A DNA stretch of 29,547 nucleotides from Pseudomonadota bacterium (GTDB lineage: Bacteria; Bdellovibrionota_B; Oligoflexia; Oligoflexales; CAIYRB01): positions 1 through 29,547 of the forward strand of contig JANOTL010000041.1 of assembly GCA_031416315.1 (NCBI GenBank), in the 5' to 3' direction. This document shows, in pieces, positions 17,050-25,745 of this stretch; the stretch's first letter is position 1, and every line of letters starts with the position of its first letter. A program made the translations under genes and the position numbers. The notes beneath the pieces are model-generated. The model searched no databases. It was not told the origin of the DNA and saw only the letters and a program-made list of their open reading frames with translations.

Positions 17050-18366
17050 TCAAGTCGCGTCGCCCGTCTTCTTTTTGCCGCGCCCGCGTCCACCGCGCCG
17101 GCGGCGGCGTTTCGCGCCGACGGCGGCGTCGGGAGAATCTGGCGCGTCGGCGTCCTCGCGGCGGTTGCCGACGTCGTCGGAAGGCGCCGGAGGCGGTGTC
17201 GTCGCCAGCGGTCTCTCCGCCCTCGGCGTATTGCGGGGCGCCGCAGGCCCTGCTGAGCGCGAAGCGTTGCGTGAAGTCGCCGTGGAACGCGGCGCCGAAC
17301 GCGACGGCGGCACCTGCTTCGTCTCCGGCGGCGCAGCTGCGTCACTCGATGCTGGTGGAGGCGTTACTGCCGCCGCTTTCGTCCCTCGCCCACGCCCACG
17401 GCCCGACGGCGTGAGGCGAGAGCTGCTCGCTGCTGCGGCACGCGTTTGTGCGGCGACCTCGGCGATTTCGGCGACCTCGACGGGTACTCGGATTGGAGCA
17501 GGAGCAGGAGATGCCATCGGAACCGGCGCCCGATCCGGACGCGGCTCCGCCGCCATCGACGTTTCACTCGTCGGCTCGCTCATTTCCGGCGCCCCGGCCG
17601 CACCCTCGGCACGCTTGCCGCGCCCGCGCCCGCCACGACGGCGACGCTTCTTCGGACCGCCTTCCCCGCTGGGCGCCTCGCCGGCCGCCCGAGGCTCGGA
17701 TCCTACGGACGGAGCCTCGGGCCGATTTCCCGCCGCCGCCCGCGCCTCAGACGAAGGCGGCAAAGGCTCGCGCCGCGGCGCCGCGCGCTCACGCGACCGT
17801 GTCGACTTCGGCTCCGGCGCCTTCTGGGGAAACTCGCCCCAGCGAATGGTCTGCACCTCGTCGCACGCGCGAATCAAGTCCAGGTGTGCGCTCTTGTCCG
17901 GCGCCGCCCAGAGCGTGATCGTCACACCGGACTCCTTCACCGCTTGCACGGCCGGGATGAAGTCGCTGTCGCCCGCGACGAGGACGGCATGCTGGATGTG
18001 ACCCGCCGCGGCGTGACGCGCCATGTCGACCGAGAGCAAGACGTCGACGCGCTTTTGCACGAGAACGTCGCGATCGCCGTCACGGCGCCGCTCCAGCTTG
18101 CCGAGGCGCACTTGCCAACGATCGATGTCCTCGAGCGCGGCCGCGAACTTCTCGAACTCCGCCTTGCGGCGCAGCTCGCTCTCGGTCGGCTTGGAGGAGA
18201 CCCAGGGCGGCGCATAGTAGAAGTAGCAGCGCAGGAGGTCGAGGTTGATGGCGCGGCGCAGCGGGGCCAGGAGATGGTCGGCGAGACGCGCGTAATCGGG
18301 ATTGACGTCGGCTTCCCCGACCTGTTTCAGCAGGTGGGCGCCGTCGATGAAAATGGCAGCACGCAT
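17050..18366 (-). CDS. NYN domain (LabA/DUF88, PIN-like) nuclease with long disordered RGG-rich C-terminal tail
   Basis: AIFIDGAH, CYFYYAPP, VRLGKL, QKRVDVLLSVDM, VLVAGDSDFIPAVQAVKESG, followed by about 260 aa rich in Pro/Ala/Ser/Arg. Start at ATG 18366. Confidence 0.9.
   Translation of the reverse strand: MRAAIFIDGAHLLKQVGEADVNPDYARLADHLLAPLRRAINLDLLRCYFYYAPPWVSSKPTESELRRKAEFEKFAAALEDIDRWQVRLGKLERRRDGDRDVLVQKRVDVLLSVDMARHAAAGHIQHAVLVAGDSDFIPAVQAVKESGVTITLWAAPDKSAHLDLIRACDEVQTIRWGEFPQKAPEPKSTRSRERAAPRREPLPPSSEARAAAGNRPEAPSVGSEPRAAGEAPSGEGGPKKRRRRGGRGRGKRAEGAAGAPEMSEPTSETSMAAEPRPDRAPVPMASPAPAPIRVPVEVAEIAEVAAQTRAAAASSSRLTPSGRGRGRGTKAAAVTPPPASSDAAAPPETKQVPPSRSAPRSTATSRNASRSAGPAAPRNTPRAERPLATTPPPAPSDDVGNRREDADAPDSPDAAVGAKRRRRRGGRGRGKKKTGDAT
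17068..17652 (-). repeat. Duplicated basic peptide motif KRRRR(R)GGRGRGK
   Basis: KKRRRRGGRGRGKR (17611-17652) and KRRRRRGGRGRGKKK (17068-17112), plus GRGRGRG near 17385-17405. Confidence 0.85.
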
Positions 18367-18374
18367 GAAAAGTT

Positions 18375-18752
18375 TTAACAGCCTTTGATGAATCGGGGCG
18401 CGAACGCGCCGGAATGATACGCACGGGTGGCGTTGCGCCCCTGGTCGAGCTTGGCAATGCCGGCGCGGCTGGCCTCCATCGCCTCGCGAGCCAGGTCCTC
18501 GAGCGTCGCGGTTTGCGACTTGGCTTCGGCGAGGAGCTTCTGCGCCTCCGTGTCGCTCGCGAGCGCTCCGCCGCAGTCTGCCAGCTGCGTGACGTACACG
18601 CAAAAGTTGCGGAACGCGGCTTCGCGCTCGGCGAGCTTGGCAAGGAAACGATCCTCACCTTCGGGGCCGACCATAGCACGAGCATCTACGGCTTCATAGC
18701 CGCGCTTGACGTAGACGGCGAGCGCTTTCAGCGCCTTCTCACGCGGCGTCAC
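18375..18752 (-). CDS. FliT/FlgN-like small helical flagellar chaperone (putative)
   Basis: 125 aa, predicted helical, LAEREAAF and C-terminal KLDQGRNATRAY pattern. GTGA overlap with the fliD stop. Confidence 0.6.
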   Translation of the reverse strand: MTPREKALKALAVYVKRGYEAVDARAMVGPEGEDRFLAKLAEREAAFRNFCVYVTQLADCGGALASDTEAQKLLAEAKSQTATLEDLAREAMEASRAGIAKLDQGRNATRAYHSGAFAPRFIKGC

Positions 18753-20149
18753 GCAGGGGCTTTCTGAGGCGCGGCGCCGGCTTGCGCGTTCAGGAAGGCG
18801 CCCTGTGCCTCAAGCCCCTGGACCCGGCTCTGCATCGCGTTGAAGCGGTTCTCGAGCTCGCCACGGCGGTCCTCGAGACGGCGCTCCTGACGCTCGATCT
18901 GCTGGTCCTGGTTCTTGATCAGGCTGCCGAGGCCGCGCTGGCGGCTCGCCAAGACGCCGTTCACGGGATCTTTGAAGCGCTGCACGGCGGCCGTGATGCG
19001 ACCCGCGATGCCCTCGCCCGAGTCGCTCGCCGTGAATATCTTGGACACACGCTCGTAGTCGTCGGCCAGCGCCGCCTTCAGCTTCGTCTCGTCGGTGACC
19101 AGCTCGCCGGTCTTCGCGTTCGTCGTGATGCCGATGTCGGCGAGCGAGGTGTACTTCGAGCCTTTGAGGGCCGAGAGCATGTCGCCGCCAGTCGTCACCG
19201 CTCCCTGCATCGAGCGCATCATCGAACGGACGTCGGAGGAGTTCGCCAACGACTTTTCGCCCGCCGCGGCGGGATCGGTGCTCGCCGATTCGTGCGCGAG
19301 CTTGGCGATCTTGTTGTAGTTCTCGGTCAAGTCCTTGATCGAGACCATCGTCTTGTCGACGTCGTGGGTGACGTTGACCGTCACCTTCGTGCCGGGCTCG
19401 GCGCGCTTCGCCTTCAGCTTCACGCCTTCGACGAGGTCGTCGAGCTTGTTGTCCGCGCGCTGGACGTCGACGTCCTCGAAACGCACGTCGAGGTTTGCCG
19501 CCTCTTTGAGCTTTTTAAAGTCGAGGAAGGTCGTATCGGGATCGACGAGGAGCTTGGCCGCTTCCCCTGTCTTCTCGCTCGTCACCAGGAGGCGGAACGG
19601 CTCGTCGGAGATCCCAGTATTGATGATCTGCGCATGCACACCCGAGACGGTGTCGTTGATCTTGCCGACCGCATCTTTCAGCGTCGAGCCCGGGTCGAGC
19701 GTGATGTCCTTCATCACGCCACCCTCGTCCTCGATCCCGAGATAGCCGAAGCCGATCTCGGTCTTGTCGACGTCGGGAAAGCCGAAGGCCAGGTGCTTGT
19801 CGGACTGCGCCAGGCCGCGGACTTCCATTTCATAGGATCCGGGCAGCGCGATGCCGTCCACCACGCCCTCCAAGATGTCGGGGTGCGAGCTTTCGACGGC
19901 GAGCTTGCGGAAACCCGCGGGAGTCTTGATGCCGCCGGCGACTTTCTCCAAATCGCCGACCATGCTGCCGAGCGAAGCGTAATCATTCTTCTCTTGCACG
20001 ACGCGGTCGCGCCGCGCCCGAGCCTGTTGCATCGGGGCCGCTTCGGCTTCCATGATCCGGTCGACGAGACCGGCCGGACCCGCGGGTGCCGCCGCCGGTC
20101 CGTTGCCCATCAGGGGGGCCATGTTGCCACTAAGAGCTTTCACCGCCAT
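18749..20149 (-). CDS. fliD: Flagellar filament cap protein
   Basis: LVDRIMEAE, PGSYEMEVRGLAQ, RLLVTSEKTG, RADNKLDDLVEGVKL, SLADIGIT...GELVTDETKLKAAL, C-terminal coiled coil LENRFNAMQS. SD GGAGG before ATG 20149. Confidence 0.92.
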   Translation of the reverse strand: MAVKALSGNMAPLMGNGPAAAPAGPAGLVDRIMEAEAAPMQQARARRDRVVQEKNDYASLGSMVGDLEKVAGGIKTPAGFRKLAVESSHPDILEGVVDGIALPGSYEMEVRGLAQSDKHLAFGFPDVDKTEIGFGYLGIEDEGGVMKDITLDPGSTLKDAVGKINDTVSGVHAQIINTGISDEPFRLLVTSEKTGEAAKLLVDPDTTFLDFKKLKEAANLDVRFEDVDVQRADNKLDDLVEGVKLKAKRAEPGTKVTVNVTHDVDKTMVSIKDLTENYNKIAKLAHESASTDPAAAGEKSLANSSDVRSMMRSMQGAVTTGGDMLSALKGSKYTSLADIGITTNAKTGELVTDETKLKAALADDYERVSKIFTASDSGEGIAGRITAAVQRFKDPVNGVLASRQRGLGSLIKNQDQQIERQERRLEDRRGELENRFNAMQSRVQGLEAQGAFLNAQAGAAPQKAPA

Positions 20150-20183
20150 GGTGAGGTCCTCCGCGCATCCTTGCGCCTCATAG

Positions 20184-20210
20184 GTATCGGACCCGAGGAC
20201 GCGAAGATGA
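20184..20210 (-). promoter_or_regulatory. Putative sigma28 promoter for fliD
   Basis: Minus strand TCAT-N15-TCCGATAC with canonical spacing. fliD is a known FliA target in many bacteria. Confidence 0.6.
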
Positions 20211-20225
20211 GGGAAAACGGCCATA

Positions 20226-20251
20226 GGAAATTGAAAGATTTCAAAATTTCC
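20226..20251. promoter_or_regulatory. AT-rich imperfect palindrome upstream of the fliD promoter
   Basis: GGAAATTGAAAGATTTCAAAATTTCC with perfect core TTGAAA-GA-TTTCAA (20231-20244). Confidence 0.45.
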
Positions 20252-20261
20252 GGCAAAAGAC

Positions 20262-21626
20262 TTAGCGTGCCGGCGCCTTACGGCCTTGAGTCTCGTGATC
20301 CAGCACACGGCCCGGCCCGGCGAAGCTTACCGCGTCGGCATACGCAAAGGGGATCAGCGCCAGGCCAAGGACGACCGTCACTGAGCCGAAGTAAGCCGCC
20401 ACGCGCCACACGTCCTGCGCGACGACGCCGCCCGCCGCCAGTCCGGCGAGCGCGACGAGCGCCACGAGATGCGCCACGGCCAGGACCCGCCCCGAGCGGA
20501 GGAAGACAATGCGGTCCTTCACCGGTCCGCCGGCGCGGAAGAGCGCGACGCCGATCGCGACGAAGAGCAGGTCCACCGGCCAGAAAAGCATCAGGTTCAG
20601 GTTCGCCCAACCATCGGGATGGCCCGAGACCAACCAGTTTGCCGCCAAAGCCGTGCCGAGGAGACCGGAGACCGTACCCCAGATCACGGCCGCGACGCCG
20701 AGCCAGCGATACGCGGCGCGCGGCGCAGCGACTTGGCGCGCACGAGCGAAGGCGAAGAGAGCCGAGGCGACCAGGAGGGGCAAGGCCCCGAAACCGGCGA
20801 GCGCCAGGTAGTCGTTGAATGGGCGCCCCGTGTACTCGCCATACTCGGTGAGCGCGATCGTCTCTTCGAGCAAGCGCGTGCCCGCGATCGGCTCGCCCTC
20901 GTCGTCCACCGCGGGCATCGTCAGGAGATGCTCGCGCAGCTTCGCCGGCAGGAACATCTCCTCCCAAGCGCTGATCGGCCGGTCGATGTTGCTGTTCATC
21001 AGCACGTCGAGGATCGGCGCCACGCCCGGCACGGCGCTCAGGTTGTCACGGACGTAGTCGCGGAACTTCTTCTCGACGATGAGGCCCGCGAACTTGGCGC
21101 GGATCTGCCCGTCGAGCACCTCGTCCAAATAGTCGCGCGGGATCGTCGCGCAGTTATTGAACCAGTACTGGTAAGGGAAGTTGCGGTTCTCCGGGATCGC
21201 GTTCCAAGCGATCTTCTCGAAGAGGCGCCTTTTCTGCGCCAGCGAGAGGTTGAGCTTCTCCATCACCAGGAGGCGCTCGGCCTCCTCATAGTGAATCTGA
21301 TCGGCCTGAAACGTCCGGACGCCCATGCTGTAGGTCAACGACCCTTGATAGAACTTCCAGAGAAAGCCGGGCTGGTCGAAGCTGAACTTGCCCCAGTTGA
21401 AGACGACGTCCATCTTGCTCGCCCTGTCGTCGATGCGGATCGCCGTGTGCCCGAAGCGGTTGGCGACCTCGTCGCCGAGGCCGCCGGTGACGAGATACAT
21501 GTCGACCGTGCTCAGGTCCTCGGGAACCTCGGGCACGTAAAATCGCTGGTCCTGACGCTGCGCCGCGGCCGAGCCGGCGAGAAGGAGCGCGAAAAGCGCC
21601 AGAGCGATCGAGAGGACGCGCGCCAT
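20262..21626 (-). CDS. DUF4105 / Lnb-like membrane protein (candidate lipoprotein N-acyltransferase)
   Basis: Signal peptide; FGHTAIRI (His), VFNWGKFSF, YQYWFNNCATIPRD (Cys), WEEMFLP; about five C-terminal TM segments. Confidence 0.82.
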   Translation of the reverse strand: MARVLSIALALFALLLAGSAAAQRQDQRFYVPEVPEDLSTVDMYLVTGGLGDEVANRFGHTAIRIDDRASKMDVVFNWGKFSFDQPGFLWKFYQGSLTYSMGVRTFQADQIHYEEAERLLVMEKLNLSLAQKRRLFEKIAWNAIPENRNFPYQYWFNNCATIPRDYLDEVLDGQIRAKFAGLIVEKKFRDYVRDNLSAVPGVAPILDVLMNSNIDRPISAWEEMFLPAKLREHLLTMPAVDDEGEPIAGTRLLEETIALTEYGEYTGRPFNDYLALAGFGALPLLVASALFAFARARQVAAPRAAYRWLGVAAVIWGTVSGLLGTALAANWLVSGHPDGWANLNLMLFWPVDLLFVAIGVALFRAGGPVKDRIVFLRSGRVLAVAHLVALVALAGLAAGGVVAQDVWRVAAYFGSVTVVLGLALIPFAYADAVSFAGPGRVLDHETQGRKAPAR

Positions 21627-22111
21627 TATTGCATCGTGCCGCGGATGGCCTGGACGATCTCGCGGATCTCCAGGTCATCGGGGTCGTGGTGCAACGCCTC
21701 TTCGAAGTGGTGCAAGGCCTGCTGGTAGTCCTTGCGCGACAGGTAGAGCTTTCCCAGGTTGATATGAGGAAACTGGCGCGGCTCGGAGCGCTTCGCCGCG
21801 ATCGCCTTCTTGAACCAGGCGATCGCCTCCTCCGGACGACCCATGACGACTAGGTAGGAGCCGATGTCGTTATAGGGATTGCCGCACTCGGGGTCGAGGT
21901 CGATCGCCTCGCGGCACAGCTCGATGGCCCGGCGCGTATCCCCCAGAAAGTGCTCCATCGCGCCCCAGTTGGTCAGGGCGTCGGAGCTCTTGCGGACGTG
22001 CGCGGCCGCTTTGTAAGAATGCAGCGCCGAAATGTAGTCACCGGTATCGCGCGCCCGCCGCCCTTGATCGAGCAGCTGCGCCACGCGTCTATCGATGAAT
22101 GGTGCCTGCAT
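21626..22111 (-). CDS. Small TPR protein
   Basis: GDTRRAIELCREAIDLDPECGNPYNDIGSYL, GRPEEAIAWFKKA, PHINLGKLY. TAATG overlap with the Lnb-like gene. Confidence 0.9.
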   Translation of the reverse strand: MQAPFIDRRVAQLLDQGRRARDTGDYISALHSYKAAAHVRKSSDALTNWGAMEHFLGDTRRAIELCREAIDLDPECGNPYNDIGSYLVVMGRPEEAIAWFKKAIAAKRSEPRQFPHINLGKLYLSRKDYQQALHHFEEALHHDPDDLEIREIVQAIRGTMQ

Positions 22112-22167
22112 GCAGTGGTCCTCTATCCGTGTGCATAACCGGTCCTGGGCGGCCGCTCAATAGGCAT

Positions 22168-24393
22168 TTAGAGCCGCCTAAGTGCCCGCCACAACGCCGG
22201 AACGGCCAGACCGAGGCCCAAAGCCGCAGGGAGCGGCCGCGGCACGAGGAGCAAGACCCCGGACACCAAGAGCGCCATGCGCTCGAGGGGAATGAGCCGG
22301 CGCCGGACGTGGCCCGAGATGGCCCAAGCGATGAAGACGACCGCGATGAGCGCCCCGAGGCTGACGAGGATCGAGACCGGCGCCGGGGCCAGAAGGAGAA
22401 GGCCCAAGCCGTTCTCGTCGAGGCAGAAGACGAATGGGACAAGGAAGGCCGGCAGGCAGTACGCCCAGCTCTTCACCATCGTGCCAAAGGGCCGACCGCC
22501 GGTGATCGCGGCCGCGGCATAAGGCGACAGCGCCGTCGGCGGTGAAACGTCGCTCAGCACGGCGTAATAGAACACGAACATGTGCGCCGCGCGCTCGTCG
22601 ACGCCGGCTTTCACCAGCGCCGGGACGACCATCACCGCGGCGATGATGTAAGACGCCGTCACGGGCACGGCGAGCCCCAATACCAAGACCGAGATCGCCG
22701 AGTAGACGACGACCAGCGCCGGGACGCCGAGCGACAGATCGACGATGAGCCCAGAGATCTTCAAGCCGAGCCCGGTAAGCGTGACGATGGAGACGATCAC
22801 TCCCGCCGTCGCCGTGGTCGCTGTCACGGAAAGAGCGCCTTTGCCGCCCGAGGCGAGCATCGCATAGAGGCGCCGGTCGTCGGGGCGCTTGCGGTAAGCG
22901 CCGTAAGCGGCGAGCGCCAGCGTCACGCCGAAGCCGACGAACAGGGCCGCCGGCGCCGTCATTTGCGCTGTCAAATAAGTGCCGATGGCCGCGATTATCC
23001 CCGCGATCGCCGCGCGGCTCGACGAAGCCCGCGTCTCGGGCCGCAGGAAACTGAGCGCAAACGCCAAAAAGATCGCCCAGTAGACCGCCATGAAGACGCT
23101 GAGCCCCGTCGCCATGAGGACCGCGACGACGAAGAGCGAGCTGAAATGGTAGCCGGATCGCAGCGTGAGCGCCAAGAGCCGCGCCCGCGCCTCTGCGCGC
23201 GAAGGCGCCGCCTTCGGCGACGCTTCGCAGGTCGCCTGCGGCGCTTGACCTTGGATCATGAAAAAGCAGGACGCGTAGTAGAGGATCGTCGGCACCATCG
23301 CCATAACGAGGACGTCGAGATAAGTGATCTTGAGATACTCGGCGATCAGGAAGGCCGCCGCGCCCAAGGTCGGCGGCGACAGGATGGCGCCGAGCCCGGC
23401 CGAGGCCAAAAGCCCGCCCGCCTCCTCCTTCTCGTAGCCGGCATTCTTCAGCATCGGCCACGCCAGGGTGCCGAGCGTCACGGTGGTGGCAACGCCGCTG
23501 CCCGAGACGGTGCCGAACAGGAACCCCGCGAGCGTGACGGCGCGGCCGACCGCCGCCGGCGCGCGCGATCCGCCCAGAGCCGCGAACGACCAGTCGAGGA
23601 AGAACTGGCCTGCGCCGCTGTACTCGAGCACGGCGCCGTACACCGTGAAAAGCACGATGAAGCTCGCCGCCACGTCGAGCGGCACGCCGAAGATGCCTTC
23701 GAGCGTCAGGTAGTTTTGGCCGATGATGCGCGAGAGCCCGTAGCCGCGATGGTCGAAGGGCTCGGGCACGTAGGGACCTAGAAGGCCGTAAGCGAGGACG
23801 ATCAAAGCCGTGATCGGCAGCGCGAGCCCGCTCGTCCGACGCGTCGCCTCCAGCGTGACGACGATAAGCGCTAGGCCCAGGAGCACCTCTGCCGGCGTCG
23901 GGCTCGTGATGCGCTGCAGCGCGTCTTCGAAGTTCAGGATCAGGTAAATGAGGCTCCATGCCGAGACCGCCGCCAAGGCGAGGTCGAAGAGCGGGACGCC
24001 GCGCTCCTTCCGCCAGGCGCGCCAGGCCAAGCTCATGGACAAGAGCGCCGCGGCCCCCGTCGCATAAATGAAAAAATGTTTGTCGGCCGTCTCGACAGGC
24101 AACGCCTGGAGGTAGGCGCCAGCCGCGACGAAACCGCCCGCGACGATCGCGACCGCCGAGGCCAGGCCGACCCGCCCGTGCACGGAATAGCTCAGGAAGC
24201 CCAAGACCAGGGCCACGGCTAGGAACGAGGCGCGATAGACCTGGGGCGTTACGGGAAATTGCGTCCAGTAGAGCGAGTACACCGCGAGCCCGGCCGCGCC
24301 GAGCTTCGCGGCGAAGCCGAGCCAGGGTCCCGGGTCGCGCGTGCGCAGCTCGGGATCGAGCTCCTGGATCAGCTCGGCGTTTACTTCGGCCAC
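22168..24393 (-). CDS. TRAP transporter 4TM/12TM fused permease (TAXI type)
   Basis: LEATRRT, EGIFGVPL, GTVSGSGVA, PPTLGAAAFLIAE, LTGLGLK, LGLAVPVTASYII, AAHMFVFYYAVLSDVSPP. Confidence 0.95.
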   Translation of the reverse strand: MAEVNAELIQELDPELRTRDPGPWLGFAAKLGAAGLAVYSLYWTQFPVTPQVYRASFLAVALVLGFLSYSVHGRVGLASAVAIVAGGFVAAGAYLQALPVETADKHFFIYATGAAALLSMSLAWRAWRKERGVPLFDLALAAVSAWSLIYLILNFEDALQRITSPTPAEVLLGLALIVVTLEATRRTSGLALPITALIVLAYGLLGPYVPEPFDHRGYGLSRIIGQNYLTLEGIFGVPLDVAASFIVLFTVYGAVLEYSGAGQFFLDWSFAALGGSRAPAAVGRAVTLAGFLFGTVSGSGVATTVTLGTLAWPMLKNAGYEKEEAGGLLASAGLGAILSPPTLGAAAFLIAEYLKITYLDVLVMAMVPTILYYASCFFMIQGQAPQATCEASPKAAPSRAEARARLLALTLRSGYHFSSLFVVAVLMATGLSVFMAVYWAIFLAFALSFLRPETRASSSRAAIAGIIAAIGTYLTAQMTAPAALFVGFGVTLALAAYGAYRKRPDDRRLYAMLASGGKGALSVTATTATAGVIVSIVTLTGLGLKISGLIVDLSLGVPALVVVYSAISVLVLGLAVPVTASYIIAAVMVVPALVKAGVDERAAHMFVFYYAVLSDVSPPTALSPYAAAAITGGRPFGTMVKSWAYCLPAFLVPFVFCLDENGLGLLLLAPAPVSILVSLGALIAVVFIAWAISGHVRRRLIPLERMALLVSGVLLLVPRPLPAALGLGLAVPALWRALRRL

Positions 24394-25412
24394 GCGCCCT
24401 TCTCTTTAAAGAACGCGACCGCTCCCGGATGGAAGGGAATCGAGGAGCCCGAGGTGGCGCCGTCGACCGAGAAGGCGGCGGCCTCCGGATGCACCTTGCG
24501 CACCTCGTCGACGTTGTCGAAGAGGGTTTTGAGGAGCTCTTGCGCCAGCTTCTCCGGCATCGCAGCGTTGACCGCGATGACGTTGCCGACGCTGATGCCT
24601 GGCACGTCCTCGGCCAAGCCATAGATCCCCTTGCCGAGAGTGAGGCCACTGTAGACCGGGCCGTACTTCTCCTTCAGCTTCGCGAGCGCGGCATCGGTCG
24701 GCAGGAAGCGGACTTTCTTCGTGCCGACGGTCGTGACCAGGTCGGTGACGGCCGCCGTCGGCAGCCCGCCGATCCAAAAGAAGGCGTCGAGCTTGCCGTC
24801 CTTCATCGCGGCTGCGGCCTCGGAGACGCTGAGATACTGCGGGCTGACGCCCTTCTTCGGGTCAAGGCCCGCGGCCTCGAGGATACGGTTCGCGAGGACT
24901 TCGGTGCTGCTCCCCGGCGAGCCCACGGAAACGCGCTTGTTCTTCATGTCCTCGACCCTCTTGACGCCGCTCGCCTCGGAGGCGACGACGTGCACGAAGC
25001 TCGAGTACAGGACGGCTAGGGCGCAGGCGGGAATCTTGCCCGTATCCTTGTAGACGCTTTGACCTTGCGAGGCCTCGAAGGCGGAGTCCATCGTCGTCAT
25101 CGCGAGATCGAGCTCCTTCTTCGCCAGGAGCTTCAGGTTGTCGACCGAGCCGCCGGTGACCTCGGCCGTCATCTCCGTCGCCGCGAGCTTCGACGAGACG
25201 ATGCGCGCGATGCCGCCGCCGTACGGAAAGAAGACCCCGCCGGTATTGCCGGTGCCGATGACGAGCCGACGTTTGCCCTTCGCCTCGTACGGCTTCGCGT
25301 TGGCCGCGATGCACGGGCCCGGGTCGACGGTGGGGGCCGGAGCGGCGGCGGAAGCCAGGCGTGCCGAAAAGGCGAGACAGAGCGCGGGCGCGAAAAGGAC
25401 GCGAGGCGACAT
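24381..25412 (-). CDS. TAXI family TRAP solute-binding subunit
   Basis: IGTGNTGGVFFPYGG, TGGSVDNL, RVSVGSPGSSTE, GKLDAFFWIGGLP, IPFHPGAVAFFKE. Signal peptide; 13-nt overlap with the permease. Confidence 0.95.
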   Translation of the reverse strand: MSPRVLFAPALCLAFSARLASAAAPAPTVDPGPCIAANAKPYEAKGKRRLVIGTGNTGGVFFPYGGGIARIVSSKLAATEMTAEVTGGSVDNLKLLAKKELDLAMTTMDSAFEASQGQSVYKDTGKIPACALAVLYSSFVHVVASEASGVKRVEDMKNKRVSVGSPGSSTEVLANRILEAAGLDPKKGVSPQYLSVSEAAAAMKDGKLDAFFWIGGLPTAAVTDLVTTVGTKKVRFLPTDAALAKLKEKYGPVYSGLTLGKGIYGLAEDVPGISVGNVIAVNAAMPEKLAQELLKTLFDNVDEVRKVHPEAAAFSVDGATSGSSIPFHPGAVAFFKEKGAWPK

Positions 25413-25657
25413 GGGCGGATCTCCCTGATTTTAGGGAGCGACTATGCCAGCTAGGTTATGGGGGTGCAAAGCATTGCTCCGGGGCCCAAACGTGGCTGGC
25501 CGGCGAGACGCCGCGGTCACATTTGGCAGGCAGCAGAAAGGCTTCCACGCTTGCCGTTGCAAAACGAGGTACGCCTGTCTAAACCTTGGCCGGCACGAGC
25601 TCCAGGTTCCCCAGCCCCATGGGCAGTACGGTCGACAACTTAGGTCCTTCCCCGAGT

Positions 25658-25674
25658 CAGGCACCCCGCTTGCT
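25658..25674 (+). promoter_or_regulatory. Putative sigma54 promoter for sugar transferase
   Basis: CAGGCACCCCGCTTGCT closely matches TGGCAC-N5-TTGC. About 245 bp of noncoding DNA lies upstream, enough for an enhancer. Confidence 0.65.
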
Positions 25675-25745
25675 CAAGGGACGGCGGCCCCTTCCGGGCT
25701 GCTGCCGTTGCTGTTGAACCTGCTGCCGTCGTGCGGATGCCGAAG

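Noticed and set aside
17050..18752. NYN plus small upstream gene as a toxin-antitoxin or defence pair
   Set aside because: The upstream gene is coupled to fliD, looks FliT-like and has no DNA-binding motif; there is no defence or mobile context.
2026..20308. Longer N-termini in the ORF track (starts at 2067, 3672, 5932, 7593, 7594, 9303, 10226, 13791, 18603, 20308)
   Set aside because: They overlap neighbouring genes or promoter elements; downstream starts fit SD positions, coupling overlaps or family N-termini better.
25520..25590. GGCA...GAAA...GCAAAAC...GTCTAA resembling a c-di-GMP-I riboswitch
   Set aside because: Spacing is asymmetric, I could not build the P2/P3 stems, and it lies upstream of the putative sigma54 site. 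An Infernal search with the c-di-GMP-I model would settle it.
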